From: Rebecca billardiae RCC1528
Taxonomy: Eukaryota > Protista > Haptophyta
Direction: 5' to 3'
Assembly (NCBI GenBank): GCA_965240325.2
Contig: OZ251242.1
Coordinates: 1,116,001 to 1,180,000, forward strand
DNA length: 64,000 nucleotides
In this document: positions 1-9,217 of the stretch, piece by piece
How positions within the stretch are numbered: position 1 is the stretch's first letter
Layout of the letters: the number at the start of each line of letters is the position of its first letter
Program-made: the position numbers and the translations under genes
Notes under the pieces: model-generated
Seen by the model: only the letters and a program-made list of their open reading frames with translations
The model's database searches: none
What the model was told of the DNA's origin: nothing

Positions 1-935
1 CCCAGAAAGCCTCTGACGGATCGGGCACTGCCGCCGACGAATCAGGAGACCCGCGTCGTCCTACCTGTGTCGTTAAATCATAGAATGAGTCACTGAGCCC
101 GTCTTCGGCTCAGCGGGCTCAAAACTGACTTCGGAGCGACGCGAAGCTTCAGGTTTTGAGCTCAGTGACTATGAAATGGGCTGGCTACGAATAGCTGCGG
201 GTATTTTTCAATACCAGGGGCCTTGCCGGACTCAGTATCTTCCCGGCCGGCGCGACGGCCGGCGGCCACCGATCGGCGCATGCGACCTGCGCGCCGCCGC
301 GTGCGCGCCCGCCGCGCTGAGGCGAGCGGCGTACGACGCGAACTCGCCAAGCGGGCTGCCGAACATGATGCGCTCGGCGCTTGCATGCCTCCGCAGTGGC
401 GGCAGCAGCCAGTCGTCCAGCGCGGAGAGGGCGCGTCCTCGCTCGGCGCCGCTCGGCGTTGAACGGCGGCTGCGAGCAGCTCGGCCTTGCACGCGTCGGT
501 GACGCTCAGGGTAACGTAGCGCATGCCCACTACGCGTGCGCCGCCGTGCACTCTGACGAGGCCTCAGGCGAGCGGCGAGACGACTTCTGGCGCGGGCGTT
601 GCGTGCACACTCCCGGCGTGCCGAGCAGCGTCAGAATAGCTGCGCGCCGGCATTGGTGGTGGGGTCGGCGAGGCTGGTGTTCGCCGGGGGGCGCGGCAGA
701 CTCGAGCACATTGCTTCATGGCACGCATGCAGTGAGACACGCCGCAAAATTAGCGAAGACTGAGGAGCTGGCGGCTGAGGTCCGTCGGTCAGCCCGAGTC
801 ACGCCTCACAGTCCACACGGCGGTGCGTCGCGCCGGCAACGGTCTGACCCAAGCCGCACGCGTCCCAGAGCTAGTAGGCTGCACAGAGGCGCCACAGCTT
901 GGGCATGGTCCCTGGTATACGGGCTGTGCCACACG

Positions 936-3900
936 TCATACTGACACTCGTCCGCTGATGTCGCACTCAGCCTCGTCGTAGTCGTTGTCGAGCTCCACGC
1001 GCCCGCGCATAGCCTGCGCCATCGTCGCCAGATGAAGCATCAGCAGCGCTGTGCCAGCCAGGGCAGCAGACGCAGCGCCCAGCCAGGCCACGCGGTCGCT
1101 GCTCCACGCACGAAGCTCCGCGACATTCGCATCGCCGGAGTCCACCAATGACCTCCCTGCGAGGACGGGCTCTCCCCGTGACACCGACGGACGAAGGGGG
1201 ACTCCACCTTGCGTGCTGCTCAGCCCGCGCCTGCCATTATTCGCTGCGCATGCAAACGGCGTGTGCGCCAGCTGCCACAGCGTGTTGAGCTCAGAGTTGC
1301 CCGAGCCGTCCGGCGCCGCGCGGAAGACGAGGGCGTAGTGCTCGTAGGTCGTGCCGTCCGCTGCCGCTGCGTACGGCACGCGGTACGCGCCGTCTTGCAC
1401 CGCCGTCGCCTCGCCAATCATCGGCCAGCCCGCGCTGGTCGTTGCGCGCGCGTAGAACCACACGCGCACGACGCCGCCCACGTCGAGCCCGACGGAGCCG
1501 AGCAGCTCCGCCGGCAGCGTGAGCTCGGCCGCGCACGCGCCCACGCGCTCGAGGCGCGTGTGCAGCCGAGAGGCGTCCTCGACGCTGGTCACAAGTGGCA
1601 TGGCGTTCGGCGGTGGCGCCGGCGATGGCGACGTGGGTGGTGCGGGTGAAGGCGGTGAGGGAGAAGGCAACGGTGAAGGAGGTGGCGGCGATGGGGACGG
1701 TGGTGGAGGAGGCGGGGAGGGCGACGGCGGCGGCGGCGACAGCGAGGTGGACGGATCGTCGCAGTTGGCGAGGCAGAGGTAGTACCAGTTGCCGTTCGAT
1801 TTCCAGTCCTTGAGGCACTCGGTCAGGCCGGCGCAGCAGTCGACGTGCGCGCCGCCGGCCCACGGGTCGACGCCGTCGGCCGTGCACGGCGCCGGCGGTG
1901 GCGGACTCGGGGTTGGCGGCGGCGGCGGCGGGGACGGCGAGGGTGGCGGCGGGGACAGCGAGGTGGACGGGTCGTCGCAGTTGGCGAGGCAGAGGTAGTA
2001 CCAGTTGCCGTTCGATTTCCAGTCATTGAAGCACTCGGTTAGGCCGGCGCAGCAGTCGACGTGCGCGCCGCCGGCCCACGGGTCGACGCCGTCGGCCGTG
2101 CACGGCGCTGGTGGCGGCGGACTCGGGGTCGGCGGCGGCGGCGATGGAGAGGGTGGTGGTGGCGGTTGCGAGCGTGCACCGTCGGGGTCGTCGCAGCTGG
2201 CGAGGCAGCGGTAGTACCAGCGGCCATCCGCCTGCCAGTCAGCCAGGCACTCGGACAGCCCGGCGCAGCAGTCGAGCTTGGAGCCACCCGCCCAAGGGTC
2301 GGCGCCGCTGTGCGTGCAGTCGGAGACGACCGGCGAGGGCGGGCTTGGCGGCGGAGAGGGTGGGCGCGGCTCCTCCGGCCCGAGCTCGTACACCCGCACG
2401 TAGTCGACCACCATCTCCTGCGCCTCGCCGAGCTCGCCCGCGTCCGAGCACGACGGCGCGCGGCCGCCCAGGCAGTAGCCGCCCCACGCGCCACCCACTG
2501 CGACGTTGAGGAGCAGATGGAAGCGCTCGTCAAACGGCCACGCGCCCGGGCCAGTGCCGTCGTTGCGGAAGACGGTGTACTGCTCGCCGTCCACGTAGAA
2601 GCGGATCTCGTCGGCTGCCCACACGATCGAGTACAGGTGCCACGCCGTCACGGAGCTGAGCACGGTCGAGCCGCCGACCTGCGTGCCGAGCATGTGGTTG
2701 TACCTGCCGGTGTGCACCGTGCCGTGCACGCGCCCGACGTCGCAGCCGACGTGCTCCATGATGTCGATCTCGCCGCTGTCGGGCCAGCCGCCGTGCACCC
2801 AGTCCGTCGGGAGCATCCAGATCGCCGGCCACGTGCCCGTCCCGGTCGGCAGCCGCGCGCGCACGTCGATACGATGGCCGGCCGCCCAGTCGCCCTTGGC
2901 GCGGCTCACGAGACGCGCGGAGGTGAAGTCGCGGCCGCCATAGCTCTCGCACTGCGCGCTGATGGTGAGCACTCCGTCGGCGACGCGCGCGTTCTCCGCA
3001 CGGTCGGTGTAGTATTGCAGCTCGCCGTTGCCCCAACCGCCACCGCCGATGTCGTACGACCAGCGCGCCGGGTCCGGCAGGCCGTTACCCTCGAACTCGT
3101 CCGCCCAGACGAGCGCGCCCGGCGCGCCGATCAAGGAGCCGTCGCCTTCGCCGTCGTCGACGCCCTCCGAGCAGCTGGCGAGGCAGCGGTAGTACCAGCG
3201 GCCATCCGCCTGCCAGTCAGCCAGGCACTCGGACAGCCCGGCGCAGCAGTCGACGCGCGAGCCGCTCGACCACGGGTCGGCGCCGCTGTGCGTGCAGTCG
3301 GAGACGACCGGCGAGGGCGGGCTTGGCGGCGGCGAGCGAGGAGCACTTGGCGAGGGCGAGGGCGATGGCGATGGCGAGGGCGATGGCGAGGGCGAGGGCG
3401 AGGGCGATGGCGATGGCGATGGCGATGGCGACGGTGACGGCGACGGTGACGGCGATGCGCACGAGAACGTCGTGTGCGCCAGCTGCCACAGCGTGTTCAC
3501 CTCAGAGTTGCCCGAGCCGTCTGGCGCCGCGCGGAAGACGAGGGCGTAGTGCTCGTAGGTCGTGCCGTCCGCCGCCGCCGCGTACGGCACGCGGTACGCG
3601 CCGTCTCGAACCGCCGTCGCCTCGCCGATCATCGGCCAGCCCGCGCTGGTCGTTGCGCGCGCGTAGAACCACACGCGCACGACGCCGCTCACGTCGAGCC
3701 CGACGGAGCCGAGCAGCTCAGCCGGCAGCGTGAGCTCGGCAGCGCACGCGCCCACGCGCTCGAGGCGTGTGTGCAGCCGAGAGCTGTCGTGCGCCGTGGT
3801 GATGAGCGTGGCGGGCGCTGGCGGCGCCGGCGGGCTGGCCGGTGGGCTTGGCGGTGGCGGGGGGCGCGACGGGTGTGGCGGCGGCCTCGGAGTGGGCGGT

Positions 3901-6900
3901 GGCGCGGGCGGCGGCGACGGCGAGTGCGGCCCGGCAGGCGCGGGGCAGAGCGGGGCCGCGCTGTCAAACGGAGGGCCGTTGGCGCCGAGGAAGGTCCGGG
4001 CGTGCTGTGAGCTGAGCGCGCACTCGCCGACGCCGCTCACGCCGAGCGAGAGCTGGTCTGGCGCGCCGAGCACGTCGCCCAGCAGCGTGTCGGAGAACGC
4101 GATCGCCACGCCGTTCGCGCCGGCGCCGTCGTCCAGCCCGTCCAGCTCGTAGCGCACGCCGGCGCCCGCGAGGACGGGCGCACTGTACCCTCCGCGGTAG
4201 CCCCAGAGGTGGTCGTGGGTGAGGCGGCCGGCGTTGAGCCCGAGCGTAGGCGAGGCCCACTCCGGCGCCTCGCCGTCGTACCCCGGCCCGCGCAGCGTGA
4301 GCGTGCCCTGGTCCTCCGCCCAGATGGCGAGCCGGCGCACCGGCCGGTCGCAGCCGATCGCAAAGTCCCACTCGCCGCCGAGGGGCGCGCAGCCGTCCGC
4401 CCGCGCAAAGCCCGAGAGGTGGGGCGAGACGAGGGAGCGGTGGCCGCCGAGCGAGTCGTCGAGCGCGACGAAGAGCGGCACGACGGGGTTCCCGCCGGAC
4501 ACGCCGAAGCGCACGCGGCGGAGCACGCCGAAGTCGCCGCCCCACAGGTCGACGAAGCGCACGGCGCGCAGCACGTACTGCACGGCGCACATCGACTGCG
4601 TGCCCGCGGCGGTCTGGTCGAGGCCGCAGTGCTGCCCGGCGTTGAGCACGCCCTCGGAGACGTACCCACCTGCGAAGGTGACGTTGTCCAGGAAGAAGGA
4701 GAACGGCCCCGCCGGGCCGTTGAAGCGCAGCACCGAGCCGGGCGGGCTGAACGGCTGCACGCCGTCGTTGGCGAACACAGAGTCGAGCACGTGCGCGCTC
4801 GTGCCGCCCGGGTTGGGCGCAAAGTTCTTCGACACCTTCCAGTACATCGAGTGGTAGTTCCACACGGAGACGAGCCGGCGGAACTGCACGTCGCCGAGCG
4901 TGTAGTGGCCGACGAACATCGAGTGGTACTCGAGCGAGTCCGCCACCACCGCGACCGCGCCGTTGTCGCGCCCGTCCGCGTCGAACTCCGCGCACGTCGA
5001 GAAGTCGGTCACGTACCCGTCAGCGTCGCGCGCGACGCGCCGCGGGTACTGGTTGTCGAGGTAGATGCCAAAGCGGCCGCCGCCGTGCGTGACCTGGCGC
5101 TCGAAGCGGCCGAAGGGCGCGTGCATCGTGCACACGCGGCCCCACGCGGGCCCGCGCCCGTTCGGGTCGTGCGAGCCGGGCGTGAAGATCGTGTTCTGCC
5201 AGTTGGCGACGTGGTTGCCGATGAAGTCGTTGCTCACGCCGAGCGCGTAGATGCCGGACGCGAAGATGGCCTGCGTGAACGAGGTGGAGACCATGCACTC
5301 CTCGAACGTGGAGCACACGATGGCGTTGTGCGCGATCCGGTTGTCCATCTCGTTCCCGTCCTCCACGTAGATGCCAACGCCGCGCGTGTCCCAGAGCACG
5401 TTCGCCTCCACGGTCGAGCCGTGCGTGCCGTGCACGGTGATGCCGCCGTGCTGCGAGTCCTCGATCGCGTTCCCCACGTACGCGCAGCGCTCGCACCGGC
5501 CGAGCAGGTGGAAGTGCGCGCAGTACCGCCCCGCGCGGCCGCGCTGCCCGCATCGCTCGATCCGCGTGTGCGTGACGCGCGCGTGCGCGCCGCGCCCGGC
5601 CACGATCGTGTGCAGCCCCTCCAGAGAGTCCGCGTCGAACGGGTCGCCCGTGACGGTGATGGTGCGCGCCAGATTGACGACCTCGGCGGCGATCTCGGCG
5701 CGCTGCCCCGCCACCTCGCGCCAGCCGCCCGCCGCGGCGAACTCGAGGGGCGGCTCGACGCTCACCGTGCGCGCGGCCTCGTCCAGCGCAGTGACCCGGT
5801 GCACCGTCGACGCGCCGCCGCGCCGCACGAGCGTGCTCGCCACGCCGATGCGGTCGCCGACGCGCCAGCCCATCGCACCCGGCGCGTGCTTGAGCGTGAG
5901 CGCGCGCGCGCCCGGCGCCGCGTCGGTGGCGAGCAGCGTCCACGTGCGCGCGAGCGGGCGGCCGTGCAGCTCGTAGCTCGGCTGGCGCGCCCCACCGTCC
6001 GCGCTCGCGAGCGCGCCGAGGAAGCGCACGCCGAGCACCGGGTGCGCAGCGCCGTTGCTCTTGATGTGCACGGTCGCGCGCAGCGCCATCGGCTCTGTCT
6101 CGGAGCCGACGAGCAGCCGCTCCGCGCCCTGCACGAGCACGTACCCCGCGCGCAGGGTGAGCCCGTCAACGCCGCTGTCCCAGCTGAGCGTGCCCTCGAC
6201 GGTGAGCGTGCCCACGTCTGCGTCACTGTCCAGCAGCCAGTGCTCGCCCGCCGGCACCAGGCAGCCGCCGCTGGGCGAGGCGCAGCCGGCCGGCGAGCCG
6301 GAGGCCAGCACTTCGCTCCACAGCCGCGTAACCTCGCCGGCGGCGGACGCGGCGGCGAGCTGTCGCCGGCCTGCGCCGGGCGCGTCGGGGTGCGGCAGTG
6401 CGACGGCGCTCGGTGGCGGCGCCGCGTCGGCGTGCGTCAGCAGGCGGCCGCCGACCGCGTCGACCGCCGCCCACCCTGCACCTCTCAGCCACACGCTCAG
6501 AGCCGCTGCGCGCGCGCCCTCGGGCGGCAGCTGGCTCACGACGCACGCGAAGCGCGAGCCGTCCACCGCCGTCTCGTACGCGGTGCACACGGGCGCACCC
6601 TGGAGGTAGACGCGCGCGGCGCCGTGCGCGACGACGCGCGCCTCATCCGCGCGCACGGACGGGCCAGCGCGCGCGCGCTCGTCGGATGCGCCCGCGCTCG
6701 GCCCAGCGGCCGCAGGCGTGTGCGCGGCGGCGAGCGCGTGCGCCGTGAGGTGGAGGCCGCTGCCCTCGCACTCGACGCGCGCGCCGAGGCGCAGCGTGGG
6801 CGTCGGCGCCACGCCGTCGTCCGACCCGCCGACGGCGGCAGCAGCCGTCGCACTCGCGCCGTCCACGGTGCACGCGCGCACCCGCGGCGTCGCCTCGGGG

Positions 6901-8837
6901 CCTGCCGTCTTGAACCGGCAGCCGGCCTGGATGCGGCACTCTGCTCGCATGCCGCGCACGCGCACCTCGACTTGGGCGGCGCCGGCCGCGTGGCCGCCGC
7001 CGCCCGGCGAGGCGGCGGCGCCTGCGCGCTTCGCGCCGTGGGCGTCGCCTGCCGCCACCGCCGCCGCCGGTGCCGCCACCGCAGCGCTGCGCTCCGCCGC
7101 GGCCGCGAGCGGTGTCAGCCATGCGGCGGGCAGCGCGCGCAGCTCCAGCGGCGCGCGCGCTGCGGGAAGCGCGCCCGCGTGCTCGTCAGCAGCAGGCCAG
7201 ATGCGCACGCGCACACGCAGCTGGTCGCCGTGCTCGATGTGCGCAAAGGCCACGCGCAGCTCGTACTCCTCAGCCGCGCGCAGCTCCATCGGCTCGGCTC
7301 CCGCCCCGAGCAAAGCCGGCGGTCCGCCCGCGCCGCTGCGCCGCACCTCCACCGCGCACAGGGCCGAGGGAAGCGAGCGCGAGCAGAGCGGCTCGAAGGC
7401 GTAGCGGCCGTCGAAGGGCACGTGGAGCACGGCGTCGCCGTGTGCCACGAACGCGTCGTGTCGGAAGCCCTGCGCGTCCGCCGCCTCCGGGTGCAGCGCG
7501 GGCCATTCCACCGCGTCCGAGATGAGAGCAGCCGCCCGCGAGCTGACGGCTGCGGACGCGCTCTCGACGGCGCGCGGCGCATGCTGCACGCCGGCACACT
7601 GGCCAAGCATCTGCACGCCCGCGTGCGCGCCCAGGGCCTTGAGGCACGCCGACGCCCGCTCCGCGCTCTCGAGCGGGAGCGTCTCGAGCAGCAGCCCGCG
7701 AGGCGCGCTCGGCTCAGCCACCGCGGAGCCGTGCGCGCTCGACTCCGCGCGGCCGCGCCCGCCCTGTGCTGCGCGCTCAGCCTGCTCGTCGGTCTTGACG
7801 CCTGCGCCGCTCGCGGGTGCCTCGAGCGCGTGCAGCTCACACTCGAGCACGTGCACGTCCGCGCGCACGACCTCGCACCACCGACCGCCCAGGAGGACGA
7901 CGTTGTCCGCGGGCGACGAGGCAAAGCCTGAGCCGCGCACCGTCACGCGCGCGCCGCCGTTCGCGCCGGCCGCGCTGTGGCTGAGCTGCGTGATCTGCGG
8001 CACGACGGTGACGAGCAGCGGCGTCGTGCGCAGCTCGGTGCGGTTGCCCACTCCAGGCGCTGCGCCGTTCGTGAGCAGCACCGTGCCGTGCGCCTCCTCG
8101 TCGTCCGGATGCGCCCTCTCGATCCGGGCGCTCAGCGGCCACTCGCCCGCCGGCAGCTGCGGCACGCGCACGTGCACGTGCCACGCGCCGTCGGCGCCGG
8201 GGCTCTTGACGCACCGCCCAGAGTGCTCGTCGGGGCGCACCTCCGCCGGGCCGACGTAGAACGATGCCTGCGCGCGGGGGCTGCTGAGCAGGTGCGCGCC
8301 GTGAAGCTCAAGCGGCAGCGTGTCGCCCTCAGCGCCGCGCAGCGTCGCATGCGGCGCGCCTGGCGCGTGGCTCGGCAGGGCGAGCCGTGCGGTGGCGACG
8401 ACGAGGAGGTCTTCGGTGTACGTGACAAAGCACGTGGCGCATGTGAGCAGGCGCGTCGCCCCGTCTGCGCCATCCGCGGCGAGTGCGACGCGCACGTTGT
8501 ACTTGCCGGCGCGCATGGGCGGCGCGCGCGCTGCGATGAACCCGCCGCGTGGATCGGAGCGGTGGGGGAGGACCTCGGCGTGCGTCTCGCCGACGTAGAC
8601 CTTGATACCTTCGTGCACGTGCGCCATCCCCGCCAGGGCGCCCTCGTCGCCGCGGATGATCAGCGTCGCGCCACCGAGGAGGCCCATGCGCGACGGCGTG
8701 ACACCGACGAGCGCGGGCGGCGGCGGCCGGCTGCGCGCGGCCAAGGCGAACTCCGGCGCGTCGTGCGCGGCGAGAGCCATGGCGACGGTGATGGGGAGAA
8801 GACCGACGGCACCGCGCAGAAAGCGCGCGGGCGGCAT
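936..8837 (-). CDS. Large secreted/membrane-anchored protein: IPT/TIG, PA14-like region, G8 + parallel beta-helix (fibrocystin-L/CEMIP-like), Pro-rich linkers, GH16 beta-1,3-glucanase, four Cys-rich repeats, C-terminal TM
   Basis: Single ORF. Likely start MPPARF at 8837 followed by a hydrophobic signal. IPT-like motifs (GGATLIIRG, GGARVTVRGSGF). G8/PbH1 motifs (GRAGRYCAHFHLLG, ITVHGTHG, YVEDGNE). GH16 motifs WADEF, GWGNGELQYY, WPAIWML and catalytic EIDIMEHVG. C-terminal hydrophobic helix. Confidence 0.88.
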   Translation of the reverse strand: MPPARFLRGAVGLLPITVAMALAAHDAPEFALAARSRPPPPALVGVTPSRMGLLGGATLIIRGDEGALAGMAHVHEGIKVYVGETHAEVLPHRSDPRGGFIAARAPPMRAGKYNVRVALAADGADGATRLLTCATCFVTYTEDLLVVATARLALPSHAPGAPHATLRGAEGDTLPLELHGAHLLSSPRAQASFYVGPAEVRPDEHSGRCVKSPGADGAWHVHVRVPQLPAGEWPLSARIERAHPDDEEAHGTVLLTNGAAPGVGNRTELRTTPLLVTVVPQITQLSHSAAGANGGARVTVRGSGFASSPADNVVLLGGRWCEVVRADVHVLECELHALEAPASGAGVKTDEQAERAAQGGRGRAESSAHGSAVAEPSAPRGLLLETLPLESAERASACLKALGAHAGVQMLGQCAGVQHAPRAVESASAAVSSRAAALISDAVEWPALHPEAADAQGFRHDAFVAHGDAVLHVPFDGRYAFEPLCSRSLPSALCAVEVRRSGAGGPPALLGAGAEPMELRAAEEYELRVAFAHIEHGDQLRVRVRIWPAADEHAGALPAARAPLELRALPAAWLTPLAAAAERSAAVAAPAAAVAAGDAHGAKRAGAAASPGGGGHAAGAAQVEVRVRGMRAECRIQAGCRFKTAGPEATPRVRACTVDGASATAAAAVGGSDDGVAPTPTLRLGARVECEGSGLHLTAHALAAAHTPAAAGPSAGASDERARAGPSVRADEARVVAHGAARVYLQGAPVCTAYETAVDGSRFACVVSQLPPEGARAAALSVWLRGAGWAAVDAVGGRLLTHADAAPPPSAVALPHPDAPGAGRRQLAAASAAGEVTRLWSEVLASGSPAGCASPSGGCLVPAGEHWLLDSDADVGTLTVEGTLSWDSGVDGLTLRAGYVLVQGAERLLVGSETEPMALRATVHIKSNGAAHPVLGVRFLGALASADGGARQPSYELHGRPLARTWTLLATDAAPGARALTLKHAPGAMGWRVGDRIGVASTLVRRGGASTVHRVTALDEAARTVSVEPPLEFAAAGGWREVAGQRAEIAAEVVNLARTITVTGDPFDADSLEGLHTIVAGRGAHARVTHTRIERCGQRGRAGRYCAHFHLLGRCERCAYVGNAIEDSQHGGITVHGTHGSTVEANVLWDTRGVGIYVEDGNEMDNRIAHNAIVCSTFEECMVSTSFTQAIFASGIYALGVSNDFIGNHVANWQNTIFTPGSHDPNGRGPAWGRVCTMHAPFGRFERQVTHGGGRFGIYLDNQYPRRVARDADGYVTDFSTCAEFDADGRDNGAVAVVADSLEYHSMFVGHYTLGDVQFRRLVSVWNYHSMYWKVSKNFAPNPGGTSAHVLDSVFANDGVQPFSPPGSVLRFNGPAGPFSFFLDNVTFAGGYVSEGVLNAGQHCGLDQTAAGTQSMCAVQYVLRAVRFVDLWGGDFGVLRRVRFGVSGGNPVVPLFVALDDSLGGHRSLVSPHLSGFARADGCAPLGGEWDFAIGCDRPVRRLAIWAEDQGTLTLRGPGYDGEAPEWASPTLGLNAGRLTHDHLWGYRGGYSAPVLAGAGVRYELDGLDDGAGANGVAIAFSDTLLGDVLGAPDQLSLGVSGVGECALSSQHARTFLGANGPPFDSAAPLCPAPAGPHSPSPPPAPPPTPRPPPHPSRPPPPPSPPASPPAPPAPATLITTAHDSSRLHTRLERVGACAAELTLPAELLGSVGLDVSGVVRVWFYARATTSAGWPMIGEATAVRDGAYRVPYAAAADGTTYEHYALVFRAAPDGSGNSEVNTLWQLAHTTFSCASPSPSPSPSPSPSPSPSPSPSPSPSPSPSPSPSPSPSAPRSPPPSPPSPVVSDCTHSGADPWSSGSRVDCCAGLSECLADWQADGRWYYRCLASCSEGVDDGEGDGSLIGAPGALVWADEFEGNGLPDPARWSYDIGGGGWGNGELQYYTDRAENARVADGVLTISAQCESYGGRDFTSARLVSRAKGDWAAGHRIDVRARLPTGTGTWPAIWMLPTDWVHGGWPDSGEIDIMEHVGCDVGRVHGTVHTGRYNHMLGTQVGGSTVLSSVTAWHLYSIVWAADEIRFYVDGEQYTVFRNDGTGPGAWPFDERFHLLLNVAVGGAWGGYCLGGRAPSCSDAGELGEAQEMVVDYVRVYELGPEEPRPPSPPPSPPSPVVSDCTHSGADPWAGGSKLDCCAGLSECLADWQADGRWYYRCLASCDDPDGARSQPPPPPSPSPPPPTPSPPPPAPCTADGVDPWAGGAHVDCCAGLTECFNDWKSNGNWYYLCLANCDDPSTSLSPPPPSPSPPPPPPTPSPPPPAPCTADGVDPWAGGAHVDCCAGLTECLKDWKSNGNWYYLCLANCDDPSTSLSPPPPSPSPPPPPPSPSPPPPSPLPSPSPPSPAPPTSPSPAPPPNAMPLVTSVEDASRLHTRLERVGACAAELTLPAELLGSVGLDVGGVVRVWFYARATTSAGWPMIGEATAVQDGAYRVPYAAAADGTTYEHYALVFRAAPDGSGNSELNTLWQLAHTPFACAANNGRRGLSSTQGGVPLRPSVSRGEPVLAGRSLVDSGDANVAELRAWSSDRVAWLGAASAALAGTALLMLHLATMAQAMRGRVELDNDYDEAECDISGRVSV
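3352..3456 (-). repeat. Hexamer repeat encoding a (Ser-Pro)n linker
   Basis: GGCGAG/GGCGAT/GGTGAC units translating to SPSPSP on the minus strand. Confidence 0.9.
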
Positions 8838-9217
8838 GGTGAGAGGAGAGGGTGAGATGCGCGTGTCGTGGACTGGCCGAGCAGCAAGAGGGGCGTGCGT
8901 GATGCGCGGCCGCGCCGGAAGGAAAGTCGCACCCTTCGTCGCTGTGGTCCGCCTGGGTTTGACGAGCATCTAACCTGCGCGAGAATGCCTCCGAAATCAT
9001 TGTACAGAGTAGGGGTGGTCATGTTCCGATCCCACAGCTGCTTGGTGGGCTTGAATGTTGAGCCGGTGTGAACCTTCCTCTGCGCTTGGAGAAGCACCAC
9101 CGTGCGCTGTCCGGTGCCTGCCCTGCCGCATGAGACTCCGGTGTTTGGCAGGCCGGCTGCCGAAACAAGAGTCAAGACCGCGCGGCCGGACGGCCTTTCG
9201 ATCGACCTCGTCGCCGC

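Noticed and set aside
162-930. Short ORFs at the window start
   Set aside because: No recognisable motifs or consistent frame
4209-7931. 1240-aa plus-strand ORF and similar long antisense ORFs (13496-15706, 19584-21245, 55947-58634, 60143-61528)
   Set aside because: Shadow frames of real GC-rich genes; Arg/Ala-rich with no domain motifs
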